Made by a program: the position numbers and the translations under genes. Shown here one piece after another: positions 1 to 9,428 of a DNA stretch of 64,000 nucleotides (within the stretch, counting starts at the first letter, position 1; each line of letters opens with the position of its first letter). This DNA is from Nitrososphaerota archaeon. GTDB taxonomy: Archaea > Thermoproteota > Nitrososphaeria_A > Caldarchaeales > Caldarchaeaceae. Where the stretch lies: contig JBEPYN010000002.1 of assembly GCA_041641305.1 (NCBI GenBank), forward strand, positions 638,666 through 702,665, in the 5' to 3' direction. The notes beneath the pieces are model-generated. The model ran no database searches. It was not told where the DNA came from and was given only the letters and a program-made list of their open reading frames with translations.

Positions 1-10
1 GTTTTTCGTT

Positions 11-963
11 ATGCCGCATGACAGCAACGCGATTGGCAGGCTGCATGGCGGCGTGCTGATGGAGTGGATGGTTTCGGCGGCGGCCCTCTGCGGAGTCAGG
101 TTCAGCAAAGGCGAGGTGGTGTTGGCTGCTTTGGACGACCTCTTCTTCATGAACCCCGTATCCGTCGGCGACATGGTCGTGGTCAAAGCCTGGATAGAAT
201 ACGCGGGCCATTCATCGATGGAGGTCGGCGTGGCAGCCTATGCGTATCCGGGAATAGTCGGAGAACCGCGGCTCACCACCACCTCGCATATGGTTTTTGT
301 AGCGGTTGATAGAGCAGGCTCGCCGAGACCGCTGCCCACAAAAATCAAACCCACACGAGACGAGGAGCAGCTGTATTCCTTGGCAGAGAAACGGGCTGAG
401 AAAAGGAGAGGCATGCTCGCAGATAGAAAAACCGTGAGCCTTGACATCTCCGAGTATGGGCCCGACGCCCGCTTCAGGATGAAATCCTCACACCTCGTGT
501 CGCCGTCTGACGCAACCATGGGCGGAATAATGTCGGGTGGGAAGCTGCTGCATCTTCTCGACGAGATGGCTGGTGCTTTGGCTATCTCCTATGCGAAGAC
601 CGTGGCGGTAACAGGGTCCGTCGACTCCACAAGTTTCCACCACCCTATACGGCAGGGCAGCATCATAGATGTCGAGCTTGTTTTAACCGGAGTGGGCAGA
701 TCCTCCGCAGAGATTGCTGCAAAGGTTATAACGGAAAATCCATCCAGCGGCGTCAGAAGACACGCGGCCACAACATACTTCACCATGGTCGCCGTAGACT
801 CGGGGGAAAACCGGTGCCCATGCCGCCGTTTGAGCCAGCCAACGAAGGAGAGGAGAAGCGGCTAAAGGCGATGCAGGCTAGACGCGAGGCCAGACAGAGA
901 AGGTTTGAAGAGATACAGGCTTTTGAACCGCTGCACGAAGTGATAGGACATGGTAAAAGATGA
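11..963 (+). CDS. Double hot-dog acyl-CoA thioesterase; probably starts upstream of the window; apparent 1-nt frameshift at G5A4 (802-810)
   Basis: Two hot-dog repeats (GRLHGGVLM / GIMSGGKLLHLLDE). The -1 frame after 806 continues GKPVPMPPFEPANEGEEKRLKAMQARREAR to TGA 961-963, mirroring the tail of repeat 1. Confidence 0.8.
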
Positions 964-1939
964 GGAGCTCGGCCTATGCATCAGAAGCGTAGACCTTACC
1001 CCGCAGCAGTTCATCGAAGTAGCTAAACGCGCGGAGGAGCTGGGTTACAGCTCGCTCTGGATGACTGAGGAAATGGCACGTGCCTCACCGATAATGCTTA
1101 CGGCAGCCGCTCTCCACACCCGGCGGATAAAACTTGGAACAGCCATACTCAACATCTTCGCAAGAACACCCATGTCCACCGCCATGGAGGCAGCAACCCT
1201 CCAAGAACTCTCACAGGACCGTTTCATCCTAGGCCTCGGCGTAGGAGGCCCAGACATAACTCGCAGAGGACATGGAGCAGACATCTCCAACCCCGTGCAG
1301 AAAATGTCAGAATACATAGAGATAGTGAGAAAATTTCTCACAGGTGAGCGGCTTCAATACAGCGGCAGACACTACCGTGTCGACGGCGTCCGGCTCTGGC
1401 TAAAGAATCCTCGGCCCACCCAAATCTACGTAGCCGCACTAAACCCAGGGATGCTTACACTCGCCGGGGAAAAAGCAGACGGCTTAATTCTCAACCTCTT
1501 CGACCCACGCGCAGCCGACTACGTCAACAAATCAATAAACAAAGGCCTCAAAAACTCACACGACCCAAACAGGCCTTTCAAAAAAACATCATTTGTTTTG
1601 GCAGCTGCTTCAAGGAAACAGGATTCTCTCGCAGCTCTAAAGCGGTCTGTCGCATTCTACCTTAGCTCACCAGCTTATCGGAGAATAATGCGTGAAGCCG
1701 GACACAGAGATGCTGTTGAAAGATTTGCAGCAGCTTTGGAGACACGGGGCCGCGACGCCGCATTTGAGTCCCTAGACGAAGATGTAGTCGAAAGTGTGTC
1801 AATTTTCTGTGACGGAGACATCGGTGAGCAGCTGAAAAGATATCGTCAAGCAGAAGTTACGCCCATCATTTATCCGCAGCCCCGCCCAGGCAACGAGTAT
1901 CAAGACATAATGGCTATCGCTTCAGCGGCCGTCGAGTAA
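950..1939 (+). CDS. LLM-class (luciferase-like/Mer-like) flavin- or F420-dependent oxidoreductase
   Basis: AEELGYSSLWMTE, TRRIKLGTAI, RFILGLGVG, IYVAALNPGML..AGEKADG motifs. Confidence 0.85.
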   Translation: MVKDEELGLCIRSVDLTPQQFIEVAKRAEELGYSSLWMTEEMARASPIMLTAAALHTRRIKLGTAILNIFARTPMSTAMEAATLQELSQDRFILGLGVGGPDITRRGHGADISNPVQKMSEYIEIVRKFLTGERLQYSGRHYRVDGVRLWLKNPRPTQIYVAALNPGMLTLAGEKADGLILNLFDPRAADYVNKSINKGLKNSHDPNRPFKKTSFVLAAASRKQDSLAALKRSVAFYLSSPAYRRIMREAGHRDAVERFAAALETRGRDAAFESLDEDVVESVSIFCDGDIGEQLKRYRQAEVTPIIYPQPRPGNEYQDIMAIASAAVE

Positions 1940-1975
1940 ATCATTTAAATGATAGAACACGTTAGTACTATAGTA
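1940..1975 (+). promoter_or_regulatory. ppdK promoter: TATA (TTTAAA) inside perfect palindrome ATCATTTAAATGAT, plus palindrome TACTATAGTA at the start codon
   Basis: Palindromes at 1940-1953 and 1966-1975. TATA lies 25-30 nt before ATG 1975 (leaderless spacing). Confidence 0.55.
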
Positions 1976-4638
1976 TGTCTTCAAAGGGTTTGGTCGGGCT
2001 CTTTGAGGAGTTCAAAGGCTTGGGCAAGTTTGAGCTTGGTGGAAAGGGTTACGGACTTGTGCAGATGAGCGCAATTGGTTTACCTGTTCCTCCGGGGATC
2101 ATTATCCTCACAACAGCCTGTAAAATGTATTACCGAAAGGGGGGAAAGATTCCGGAGGGGCTGTTTGAAGAACTTATGGAGAAGCTGCGAAAGCTCGAGG
2201 AAAAAGTGGGGAAAAAGCTGGGTGACCCGCGTAATCCGCTCCTATTATCTGTGAGGTCGGGCGCGCCCTATTCTATGCCGGGAATGATGGACACAATTCT
2301 CAACCTAGGCCTCAACGATGAAGTCGCCGAGGGGCTTGCAAAGCTTACAGGCGACCCGCGATTCGCCTACGACGCCTACCGAAGGTTCATCCAAATGTTT
2401 GCACGCATAGCCATGGGTGTCAAAACCGACAAATTCGAGAAAATTCTTGAGGAGACCAAGCATAGGCTCGGCGTCAAGTTCGACATCGAGATACCTGCGT
2501 CGGAGCTTAGGAAAATTGTTGAAGAGTTTAAACGCGTTGTCAGAGAGGAGGCTGGGGTGGATATTCCACAGGACCCCGTGACACAGCTTAAAATGGCTGT
2601 GGAAGCGGTTTTCAGGTCTTGGAACAATCCACGAGCAATCGAGTACAGAAAGTTCTACAAGATACCTGACGACCTCGGGACAGCGGTCAACATCCAGATG
2701 ATGGTTTTCGGAAACCTCGGCGAAAACTCTGGCACTGGTGTCGGCTTCACCCGCGACCCCTCAACAGGTGAGAAAAAGCTCTTCGGAGAATATTTGCCGA
2801 AGGCGCAGGGAGAGGATGTGGTCGCCGGAATAAGAACACCTTTCCCACTCTCCCAGGTTGAGCCCCAACTGTATAAACAGCTACTGGAAATGGCTGAGAA
2901 GCTTGAGAAACATTTCAGAGATATGCAGGATTTCGAATTCACGGTGGAGAACGGTAAGCTCTACCTGCTTCAGACAAGAAACGGTAAGAGGACAGCGCAG
3001 GCGGCGGTAAAGATCGCTGTGGACATGTTTGAGGAGAGGTTGATAACGGCTGAGGAGGCTCTTTTGAGGGTGGAGCCGAAGGAGCTTAACCAACTGCTTC
3101 ACAGACGCATCGACGCATCGTTCAAAGGCAAACCCATAGCAAAAGGCCTAAACGCATCGCCCGGTGCAGCGACGGGCAAGGTTGTCTTCGACACCGATGA
3201 GGCGGCGGAAAGAGGGAACAAGGGAGAAAAAATCATCCTTGTGCGGCCCGAGACAACGCCCGAGGACATCAAGGGGATTATTGCGGCGCAGGGTGTATTG
3301 ACGTCGCGGGGAGGGATGACGAGCCACGCGGCAGTTGTGGCACGTGGAATGGGTAAGCCAGCTGTCGTGGGATGCGAAAGCATCAAGATAAACATGGACG
3401 AGCAATTTTTCGTAACAGCTGACGGTCTGAAGGTGCGGCACGACGATGTAATAACCATCGACGGCTCGACGGGAAACGTCTACCTCGGAGAAGCCCCCAC
3501 CACAGAGCCCGAAATGACCGGGGAGCTCAACAAGCTTCTCAGCCTCGCAGACCGTTTCAGGAGACTTGGTGTTAGAGCGAACGCGGACACGCCGGAGGCG
3601 GCCGCCAAGGCTAGGTCCTTCGGCGCTGAGGGGATAGGGCTCTGCAGAACCGAGCGGATGTTCAACGCCCCGGACAGGTTGCCGATTGTCCGCGAGATGA
3701 TAATGGCGGAAACATCTGAGGAACGGCGCAGAGCCCTTGAGAAGCTGCTGCCGTTCCAGGTCAGCGACTTCATAGGGATATTCACCGCGATGAAAGGCCT
3801 TCCCGTGACCGTGCGGCTGCTTGACCTGCCTCTACACGAGTTTCTACCACCGGCTGAAGAGATACTGAAGGAGATGTTTGAGCTTGTCCAAAAGCCGGGG
3901 AATGAGAAGGAAATCGCTGCTAGGCAGGAGCTTCTACGAAAAGTTTTGGCCCTTAAAGAGCATAACCCGATGCTGGGACACCGTGGATGCCGGCTAGCCA
4001 TCAGGTATCCCGAGATATATGAGATGCAGGTACGCGCTATACTGACGGCCGCTATAGAGGTGCGGAGACGCTATGGCGAGACGGCGAAAATCCAAATCAT
4101 GCTCCCGCTGGTAAGCGAGAGGAACGAGCTCGCATACCTACGGAAAATAATCGAGGAAACGGCTGAGAAACTGTTCAAAGAGTTGGGTGAGAGAATAGAC
4201 TACAAGGTGGGAACGATGATTGAGACACCGAGGGCGGCTTTGACAGCTACGGAGATTGCCGAGGTCGCGGACTTCTTCTCATTCGGTACAAACGACCTCA
4301 CTCAGACAACCTACGGCTTCAGCAGAGACGATGCAGAGGCCAAGTTCATGGCCGACTATCTCGAGAAAAACATCGTCCAACACAACCCGTTCGAATCCAT
4401 CGACACCCGCGGGGTGGGCAGGCTTGTTGAGATGGCTACAGCCGAGGGGAAGAGGGCTAAGCCCACTCTCGAAGTAGGGATCTGTGGAGAACATGGCGGC
4501 GACCCCGACAGCGTCAAATTCTTCCACAAAGCAGGCCTCGACTACGTCAGCGCCTCCCCATACAGGGTGCCCATAGCCCGGCTTGCAGCCGCACAGGCCG
4601 CCATCGGCGAAGAAGCAAAAGTCTCGGCGACCGTTTAA
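1975..4638 (+). CDS. ppdK: Pyruvate, phosphate dikinase
   Basis: LGGKG, SVRSGA..SMPGMMDT, GGMTSHAAVVAR phospho-His, FSFGTNDLTQ, GICGEHGG. Confidence 0.97.
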   Translation: MSSKGLVGLFEEFKGLGKFELGGKGYGLVQMSAIGLPVPPGIIILTTACKMYYRKGGKIPEGLFEELMEKLRKLEEKVGKKLGDPRNPLLLSVRSGAPYSMPGMMDTILNLGLNDEVAEGLAKLTGDPRFAYDAYRRFIQMFARIAMGVKTDKFEKILEETKHRLGVKFDIEIPASELRKIVEEFKRVVREEAGVDIPQDPVTQLKMAVEAVFRSWNNPRAIEYRKFYKIPDDLGTAVNIQMMVFGNLGENSGTGVGFTRDPSTGEKKLFGEYLPKAQGEDVVAGIRTPFPLSQVEPQLYKQLLEMAEKLEKHFRDMQDFEFTVENGKLYLLQTRNGKRTAQAAVKIAVDMFEERLITAEEALLRVEPKELNQLLHRRIDASFKGKPIAKGLNASPGAATGKVVFDTDEAAERGNKGEKIILVRPETTPEDIKGIIAAQGVLTSRGGMTSHAAVVARGMGKPAVVGCESIKINMDEQFFVTADGLKVRHDDVITIDGSTGNVYLGEAPTTEPEMTGELNKLLSLADRFRRLGVRANADTPEAAAKARSFGAEGIGLCRTERMFNAPDRLPIVREMIMAETSEERRRALEKLLPFQVSDFIGIFTAMKGLPVTVRLLDLPLHEFLPPAEEILKEMFELVQKPGNEKEIAARQELLRKVLALKEHNPMLGHRGCRLAIRYPEIYEMQVRAILTAAIEVRRRYGETAKIQIMLPLVSERNELAYLRKIIEETAEKLFKELGERIDYKVGTMIETPRAALTATEIAEVADFFSFGTNDLTQTTYGFSRDDAEAKFMADYLEKNIVQHNPFESIDTRGVGRLVEMATAEGKRAKPTLEVGICGEHGGDPDSVKFFHKAGLDYVSASPYRVPIARLAAAQAAIGEEAKVSATV

Positions 4639-5066
4639 ACGGTTTCAAACTCTTTTTGACGAGCCTCTCCATGGGCTATCCTGTAACGTGCCAAGTTTCC
4701 GCTGCCTGTCCTCTCCAGCCACCCCCTCTCGGCGAGCCTCGCCAAGTATGTAGATGCTGTGCTGAGGGGTATTGGTTCGCGGAACTCATACTGATACGCC
4801 TCCGCTATCTCGCGGGAGGTGAAGAATGAGTAGGGGAAATGCTTCTCAATAACGCTCATCAACTTGGTCAGCTTGTTGCCACGGATGTTTTCACTCGGCT
4901 CAGGCGCGCCACTCACGAGCTCGAGAAAATCCGCAAGCTGGTAGAGCTTTTCCCGGGTGAGGGAGCCCTCAAACGTAATGGCTATCTTGTCTCCGTCGCC
5001 TGTCTCCATCTCAAACTTGACCTTTTTTCTCCGCGGCACCAACTCAGCAAGACGCCGATACATCAT
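4635..5066 (-). CDS. Hypothetical winged-helix DNA-binding protein
   Basis: C-terminal FTSREIAEAY..IPLSTASTYLARLAERGWLER wHTH pattern. Confidence 0.6.
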   Translation of the reverse strand: MMYRRLAELVPRRKKVKFEMETGDGDKIAITFEGSLTREKLYQLADFLELVSGAPEPSENIRGNKLTKLMSVIEKHFPYSFFTSREIAEAYQYEFREPIPLSTASTYLARLAERGWLERTGSGNLARYRIAHGEARQKEFETV

Positions 5067-5182
5067 GCCGGTTTTTATCCGTTAGATGGCCAAACTCTTC
5101 ATCCATCATATCCTGTAAACACCCGCAGAATAGCTGGGTCATACAATACAAGGATATATTCACCTGTTCACCACTTGACGGC

Positions 5183-5953
5183 ATGAGCGAATCCCAGCCA
5201 ACCTTCAAGCTAACCCTTCCTTCGGCAGACTACTTCGCATCCATCGTCAAAGCAATCTCAGCGGTGGTGGATGAAGGCTCCTTCACAGCAGACAGCGAGT
5301 CTCTGAAGCTCACGGGAATGGACCCAGCGCACGTAAGCCTCGTCAACTTTGTCTTCAACCGTGAAGCAGCCGAGGAATACGTTTGCGAGAAACCTGTGGA
5401 GATCAAGGTTAACATCTCCACGCTTTACAAGTTTCTCAAGAGGGCTGGAAACGAATCTCTTACTATCGCGTATGATGAGGATAACAAGCGTCTGACCCTT
5501 GTTTTCGCCAATACAGCAGCACGTAAGGAAAGGAGGTTTGTGATGAGCACTCTTGAGCCGGGCGCTGGGCCTACGCCTGTTCCCAAGCTCACCTTCGAGG
5601 CCAAGTGTAGAGTTGACACAGCGGCCTTCTACGAGGCGGTGGACGATGCAACCATAGTCAGCGACTACGCGCGAATCACCATCACGCCAAACGAGCTGGT
5701 CATATCGAGCAAGAGCGATGTCCAGACCCATGTCACACGTCTCGAGAAAGACGGCAGCCTCGTCCACGAAATCTCAGCGGACAAAGAGGTCTCAGCCAGC
5801 TTCAGCCTCGCCTACCTCGAGAAAATAATGTCAGCCAGCAAAACTCTCTCAGACGAAACAGGAATAGAGCTTTCCACAAACAAGCCAATCAAACTCAGCT
5901 TTCCCCTAACAGGCGGCAAAATAGAATTTCTGATAGCGCCCCGCCTCGAATAA
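5183..5953 (+). CDS. pcn: DNA polymerase sliding clamp PCNA
   Basis: MDPAHVSLV, FSLAYL, KPIKLSF, C-terminal FLIAPR; 256 aa. Confidence 0.95.
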   Translation: MSESQPTFKLTLPSADYFASIVKAISAVVDEGSFTADSESLKLTGMDPAHVSLVNFVFNREAAEEYVCEKPVEIKVNISTLYKFLKRAGNESLTIAYDEDNKRLTLVFANTAARKERRFVMSTLEPGAGPTPVPKLTFEAKCRVDTAAFYEAVDDATIVSDYARITITPNELVISSKSDVQTHVTRLEKDGSLVHEISADKEVSASFSLAYLEKIMSASKTLSDETGIELSTNKPIKLSFPLTGGKIEFLIAPRLE

Positions 5954-5986
5954 ACATATTATACAACCCGAAGAAAGTAGTACACA

Positions 5987-6062
5987 GGGGCCGTGGTCCA
6001 GCTTGGTCTAAGATGCGCGGCTCGGGCCCGCGAGGTCGTGGGTTCAAATCCCACCGGCCCCA
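5987..6062 (+). tRNA. tRNA-Pro(CGG), no intron, CCA not encoded
   Basis: GGGGCCG/CGGCCCC acceptor stem, CGCGG-CT-CGG-GC-CCGCG anticodon arm, GTGGG-TTCAAAT-CCCAC T arm. Confidence 0.95.
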
Positions 6063-6069
6063 TCCATAG

Positions 6070-7056
6070 TCAAATTGTTTCGACGTGTTTCCCGTGCCCG
6101 AGTGCGGTGATGTATCTGCGTGGGTTTATCGGGGAACGGTTTTTGGCCGACTCGAGCACGCATTCGGCGAGAAGTGTGGCGTTGAAGCCGTCGTGAGCGG
6201 TTACGGCTGGTGCGCTGTGGTCTTTCACAGATTCGATGAAGTGCTTCAGCTCGTTGCGCAACGGCTCCGAGGTCTTCATGTGGGGGATGATTGTCTGCTC
6301 AGCCTTCTCCACAACAACTTCTTGTTCGATAAACTTCACGGAGATCACGCCGTTTTCTCCAGTTATGTGCATCTCGCGTTTCTTCCTCGGTGTAAGCCAG
6401 TTTGCTTCAAGCAAGGCGCTGCGCCCCTCTCCATAGGAGAGAAAGATTTGGGCATGGTCTTCGTAACTGTGTCGCAGCCGTCCACACATACCGTAAACCT
6501 CATCGGGAAGTGTTCGGAAAATCCATGTAACAAGGTCGAGGTCATGTATGGCCGTGTCCTTGACCACACCCGTGTCACCAATTCTCTCCGGCCACCAGCC
6601 AATTCTTCTACCGTAGAAAAGCAGCACGTCACCGACCTCTTTCTCCTCAATCAAGCGCCGCGCAAACTGGACAGCGGGGTTAAACCTCTCGATGAAACCG
6701 ACCATCACAACTCTGCCACTCTCCCGATTTTTCTCCAAAATTTTCACCGCCTCATCCACAGTTGAGGCCATAGGTTTCTCGATTAGCAGGTCGCAGCCGT
6801 GGTCGAGGAGTTTCAGGGCGAGCTCTGCATGTGTTGTCGAGGGTGTGCATATTGTGACTGCATCGGGATGCGTTTCCTTCAGCATGGTGTCCACGTCGCT
6901 GTATGTGTTTCCGACCCCGAACCGTGCAGCAGCTTTTCTCGCTCTTTCTATGTCTACGTCGCATACAGCAACCACCTCAGCTTCCCCGAGCTCCTTCAAC
7001 ACCCTGATATGGTTAACACCCCAGAACCCTGCGCCGACAACAGCCACGTCAACCAT
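6070..7056 (-). CDS. Gfo/Idh/MocA NAD-dependent oxidoreductase (WbpB-like UDP-sugar 3-dehydrogenase candidate)
   Basis: GAGFWG, EKPM, VGFIERFNPA, DTAIHDLD; sits in a sugar-nucleotide operon. Confidence 0.85.
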   Translation of the reverse strand: MVDVAVVGAGFWGVNHIRVLKELGEAEVVAVCDVDIERARKAAARFGVGNTYSDVDTMLKETHPDAVTICTPSTTHAELALKLLDHGCDLLIEKPMASTVDEAVKILEKNRESGRVVMVGFIERFNPAVQFARRLIEEKEVGDVLLFYGRRIGWWPERIGDTGVVKDTAIHDLDLVTWIFRTLPDEVYGMCGRLRHSYEDHAQIFLSYGEGRSALLEANWLTPRKKREMHITGENGVISVKFIEQEVVVEKAEQTIIPHMKTSEPLRNELKHFIESVKDHSAPAVTAHDGFNATLLAECVLESAKNRSPINPRRYITALGHGKHVETI

Positions 7057-7062
7057 GCATCC

Positions 7063-8109
7063 TCACACCACAGGCACAAACCAGACATGTGAAAAACGTT
7101 TAGACAACTCTCGCAACACGTCTATCCGCAGCCCAGCCACAAGAACGCCGTCAAACCCCGTGAAAGAACCCAGCCTCTCAAGCAGCACATCCTCACCATC
7201 CAAAACAGAAACCCTCACACGCCTACCCTTCAAAGCATTCACAAACCTCTGACCAGCAGTCTCCGAAAACGCCACAACAAGAAGCCTAAACTCTCTTCTA
7301 TACTTTCTCGAAACCTCCCTCACCTGCGCCAGCACAGAGGCCTCAGCTCTATAAACCGTTTTACGCATCCTTGTGTAGAGGTTGTTGAGAAGAGGCGTGT
7401 TTCTATGCATCTTTAAAGCCTTCACGGCGTCGAGATGCTCCTGATAGAGAATAACATCGCGTGGAAAACAATTCATAACAATTTCGTTATGACCGTAGAG
7501 GATGGCCATTTCCGCCAGGGACCAAGCCTCAACCGCCTCCGACAAAACCTTCGACAGAGAAGCCATCTCAGCCAGCTCAGGAGACTTGAAAAATTTGGCA
7601 CCCAGCTTCTCGAGAACGGGGCTAGGTTTCTCGGATGAACACCATGCGGGCAAAAGATTTCTTGTTGTCGAGACTGCTCCGATGTAGCTTGCCTCTGAGG
7701 GGTCTGCTTTGGAGCTTCGTGTGAAAAGGTTGAGGAGGTGTCTGCATTCGCCGGGCTTGGTCAACCCCGCGATGGTTAACCGCTGTGCTTCGAGGAGTTT
7801 TTCCCCAACTGTTTTGACGAGGTTTTCAGCAGAGTGTAGGGTGTCGCGGCCTTCTTTAATTGTGTTGACTGTTATCCAGACTTCTTGGTAGCTGTTTTCG
7901 GGTTGGCGTGTGATTAGGAGCTTGTTTTCGGCGCATAGCTTGATGAATTCTTGCTTGGATATTCCACGATGTAGGCTGGGGTCATATTCTGCTGCTTTTT
8001 TCTCGACGTAGGGGTCAGGTGTGTAGAAGATAGTCTGAAACCCATGTTTCGCCAGCTTAGCAGCCGCAGGTATGCCTGTCTCATCCATCGACGCCAGCAG
8101 AACCTTCAT
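7063..8109 (-). CDS. Highly divergent UDP-glucose/GDP-mannose dehydrogenase-like protein
   Basis: Rossmann-like N-terminus without GxGxxG; ITVNT, TKPG, AEMASL and CFPRD echo UGDH motifs. ATG 8109 chosen. Confidence 0.5.
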   Translation of the reverse strand: MKVLLASMDETGIPAAAKLAKHGFQTIFYTPDPYVEKKAAEYDPSLHRGISKQEFIKLCAENKLLITRQPENSYQEVWITVNTIKEGRDTLHSAENLVKTVGEKLLEAQRLTIAGLTKPGECRHLLNLFTRSSKADPSEASYIGAVSTTRNLLPAWCSSEKPSPVLEKLGAKFFKSPELAEMASLSKVLSEAVEAWSLAEMAILYGHNEIVMNCFPRDVILYQEHLDAVKALKMHRNTPLLNNLYTRMRKTVYRAEASVLAQVREVSRKYRREFRLLVVAFSETAGQRFVNALKGRRVRVSVLDGEDVLLERLGSFTGFDGVLVAGLRIDVLRELSKRFSHVWFVPVV

Positions 8110-8356
8110 CCACCTTCTCACCCAGCAGCACACGGTAGAGCCAAAAAACGGTCAGCCTATGCCATCCAACAACCCACACAATAAAAACCGCAACCCCAAC
8201 AACCGTCCTCGCAGCAGATACGAGGACAGATGTGGAGGAGCCGTCAAGCACCGCGAAAACTATGTAGGCTATGGATGAAGACGCAACCAAGAAAAGCAGC
8301 CACACCACCGTAACAAGAACCAACATCTTCGGTAGAGCCCTGCTCACGACACCCAC
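8081..8356 (-). CDS. Small two-TM membrane protein
   Basis: 91 aa, two hydrophobic helices, overlaps both operon neighbours. Confidence 0.65.
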   Translation of the reverse strand: MGVVSRALPKMLVLVTVVWLLFLVASSSIAYIVFAVLDGSSTSVLVSAARTVVGVAVFIVWVVGWHRLTVFWLYRVLLGEKVDEGSAGVDG

Positions 8357-9330
8357 CTCCTAATAAACAGGAAATATGTCAAGAGTGAAAGAGCAGCCGA
8401 GTATAGGCAGATGAGAAAAAGCCTCCTGACTACCGCCGGCTCCGTGAGCTTCTCTCCAGCTGTTAGGAGGCGTACAAGAGTTATGGGGGCTTTTCTGTCC
8501 ACGTTGGCGGTTATGGTGCCGGAGTTTATTATAGTTGGCCGTGTGGGAGCCTTTTTTCCGCTTCGTAGGCCGCCGAGCGAGTAGATGATGTGAAACTCGT
8601 TCATGATGTGTGGAAGAAGGGCTACGATGGCGGCGACCTCCATCCGCCCAACTATGGCGACATAGGCTATCACCGAGCCCACAGAGAGGCTGCCTACGTT
8701 TCCAGCAAAGACTTTCGCCGGATAAATATTCTTGGATAAGAACACGAGCAGCACAGCGGCCGTGATTATGCATAGTGTGAAGATTTCGGATTTTCCTTCG
8801 AGGAATGCGATGACTGTTAGTGGCAGTATGGCTGTGAGGCTTGTGACCGCCATGGAGCCGTTCAAGACGTCGAGGCTGTTGACGGCGTTGCAGACAACCG
8901 AGAAACCCAAGAGCACCAGCAGAGGATAAAGTATCGTCAACCTTGTTGATCCAACGAAAGGTAGAACAGGGTCTGGTGAATAGACACCGGCCAAAACCAC
9001 GGGAACACCGGCCAGCAGCAGAAGAACAGGCTTCAGCACGGGGTTAATCTCTCTAAAATCCTCCCACAGGCCCAGCGACGCGGCGACAGCCAGCGACGCA
9101 ACGAAAGGGAGGATGACAAAAGAGGATGTAGAGGCTGCGTACACCGCCGCCCCCGTCGCCAGACCAACAGCTATGGCCAATCCACCGAGCTTAGGCACGG
9201 GATAGGGATTGGGCTTGTGAACATCCAGACCAACGGCGCCGCTCCGCCTCGACAGCCACATGCTCACGGGAAGCATCAAAAACGCCATCGCCGCAGCGGC
9301 CGCAGCGGCAACGAAACCCGTCTGAAACAT
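8344..9330 (-). CDS. MraY/GPT family UDP-HexNAc:polyprenol-phosphate HexNAc-1-phosphate transferase (AglH-like)
   Basis: GLDVHKP..VPKLGG, GLWED, NAVNSLDVLNG, YPAKVFAGNVG; multiple TMs. ATG 9330 chosen. Confidence 0.85.
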   Translation of the reverse strand: MFQTGFVAAAAAAAMAFLMLPVSMWLSRRSGAVGLDVHKPNPYPVPKLGGLAIAVGLATGAAVYAASTSSFVILPFVASLAVAASLGLWEDFREINPVLKPVLLLLAGVPVVLAGVYSPDPVLPFVGSTRLTILYPLLVLLGFSVVCNAVNSLDVLNGSMAVTSLTAILPLTVIAFLEGKSEIFTLCIITAAVLLVFLSKNIYPAKVFAGNVGSLSVGSVIAYVAIVGRMEVAAIVALLPHIMNEFHIIYSLGGLRSGKKAPTRPTIINSGTITANVDRKAPITLVRLLTAGEKLTEPAVVRRLFLICLYSAALSLLTYFLFIRRWVS

Positions 9331-9428
9331 AGCTAAATGCCCGCTGTATCTGAAGGTATTAGTCTTTCCTTTTTCCAGAGAATTATATACCGGATGAGCA
9401 TGGTTGTTCAACGAGGTGGAAGACCTGT

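Noticed and set aside
802-810. Programmed -1 ribosomal frameshift at GGGGGAAAA
   Set aside because: Not an in-frame X XXY YYZ heptamer and no clear benefit; a homopolymer error is simpler.
5993-6196. ORFs overlapping tRNA-Pro (and 36750-37175 over tRNA-Trp)
   Set aside because: Explained by the tRNA genes and antisense of real CDSs.
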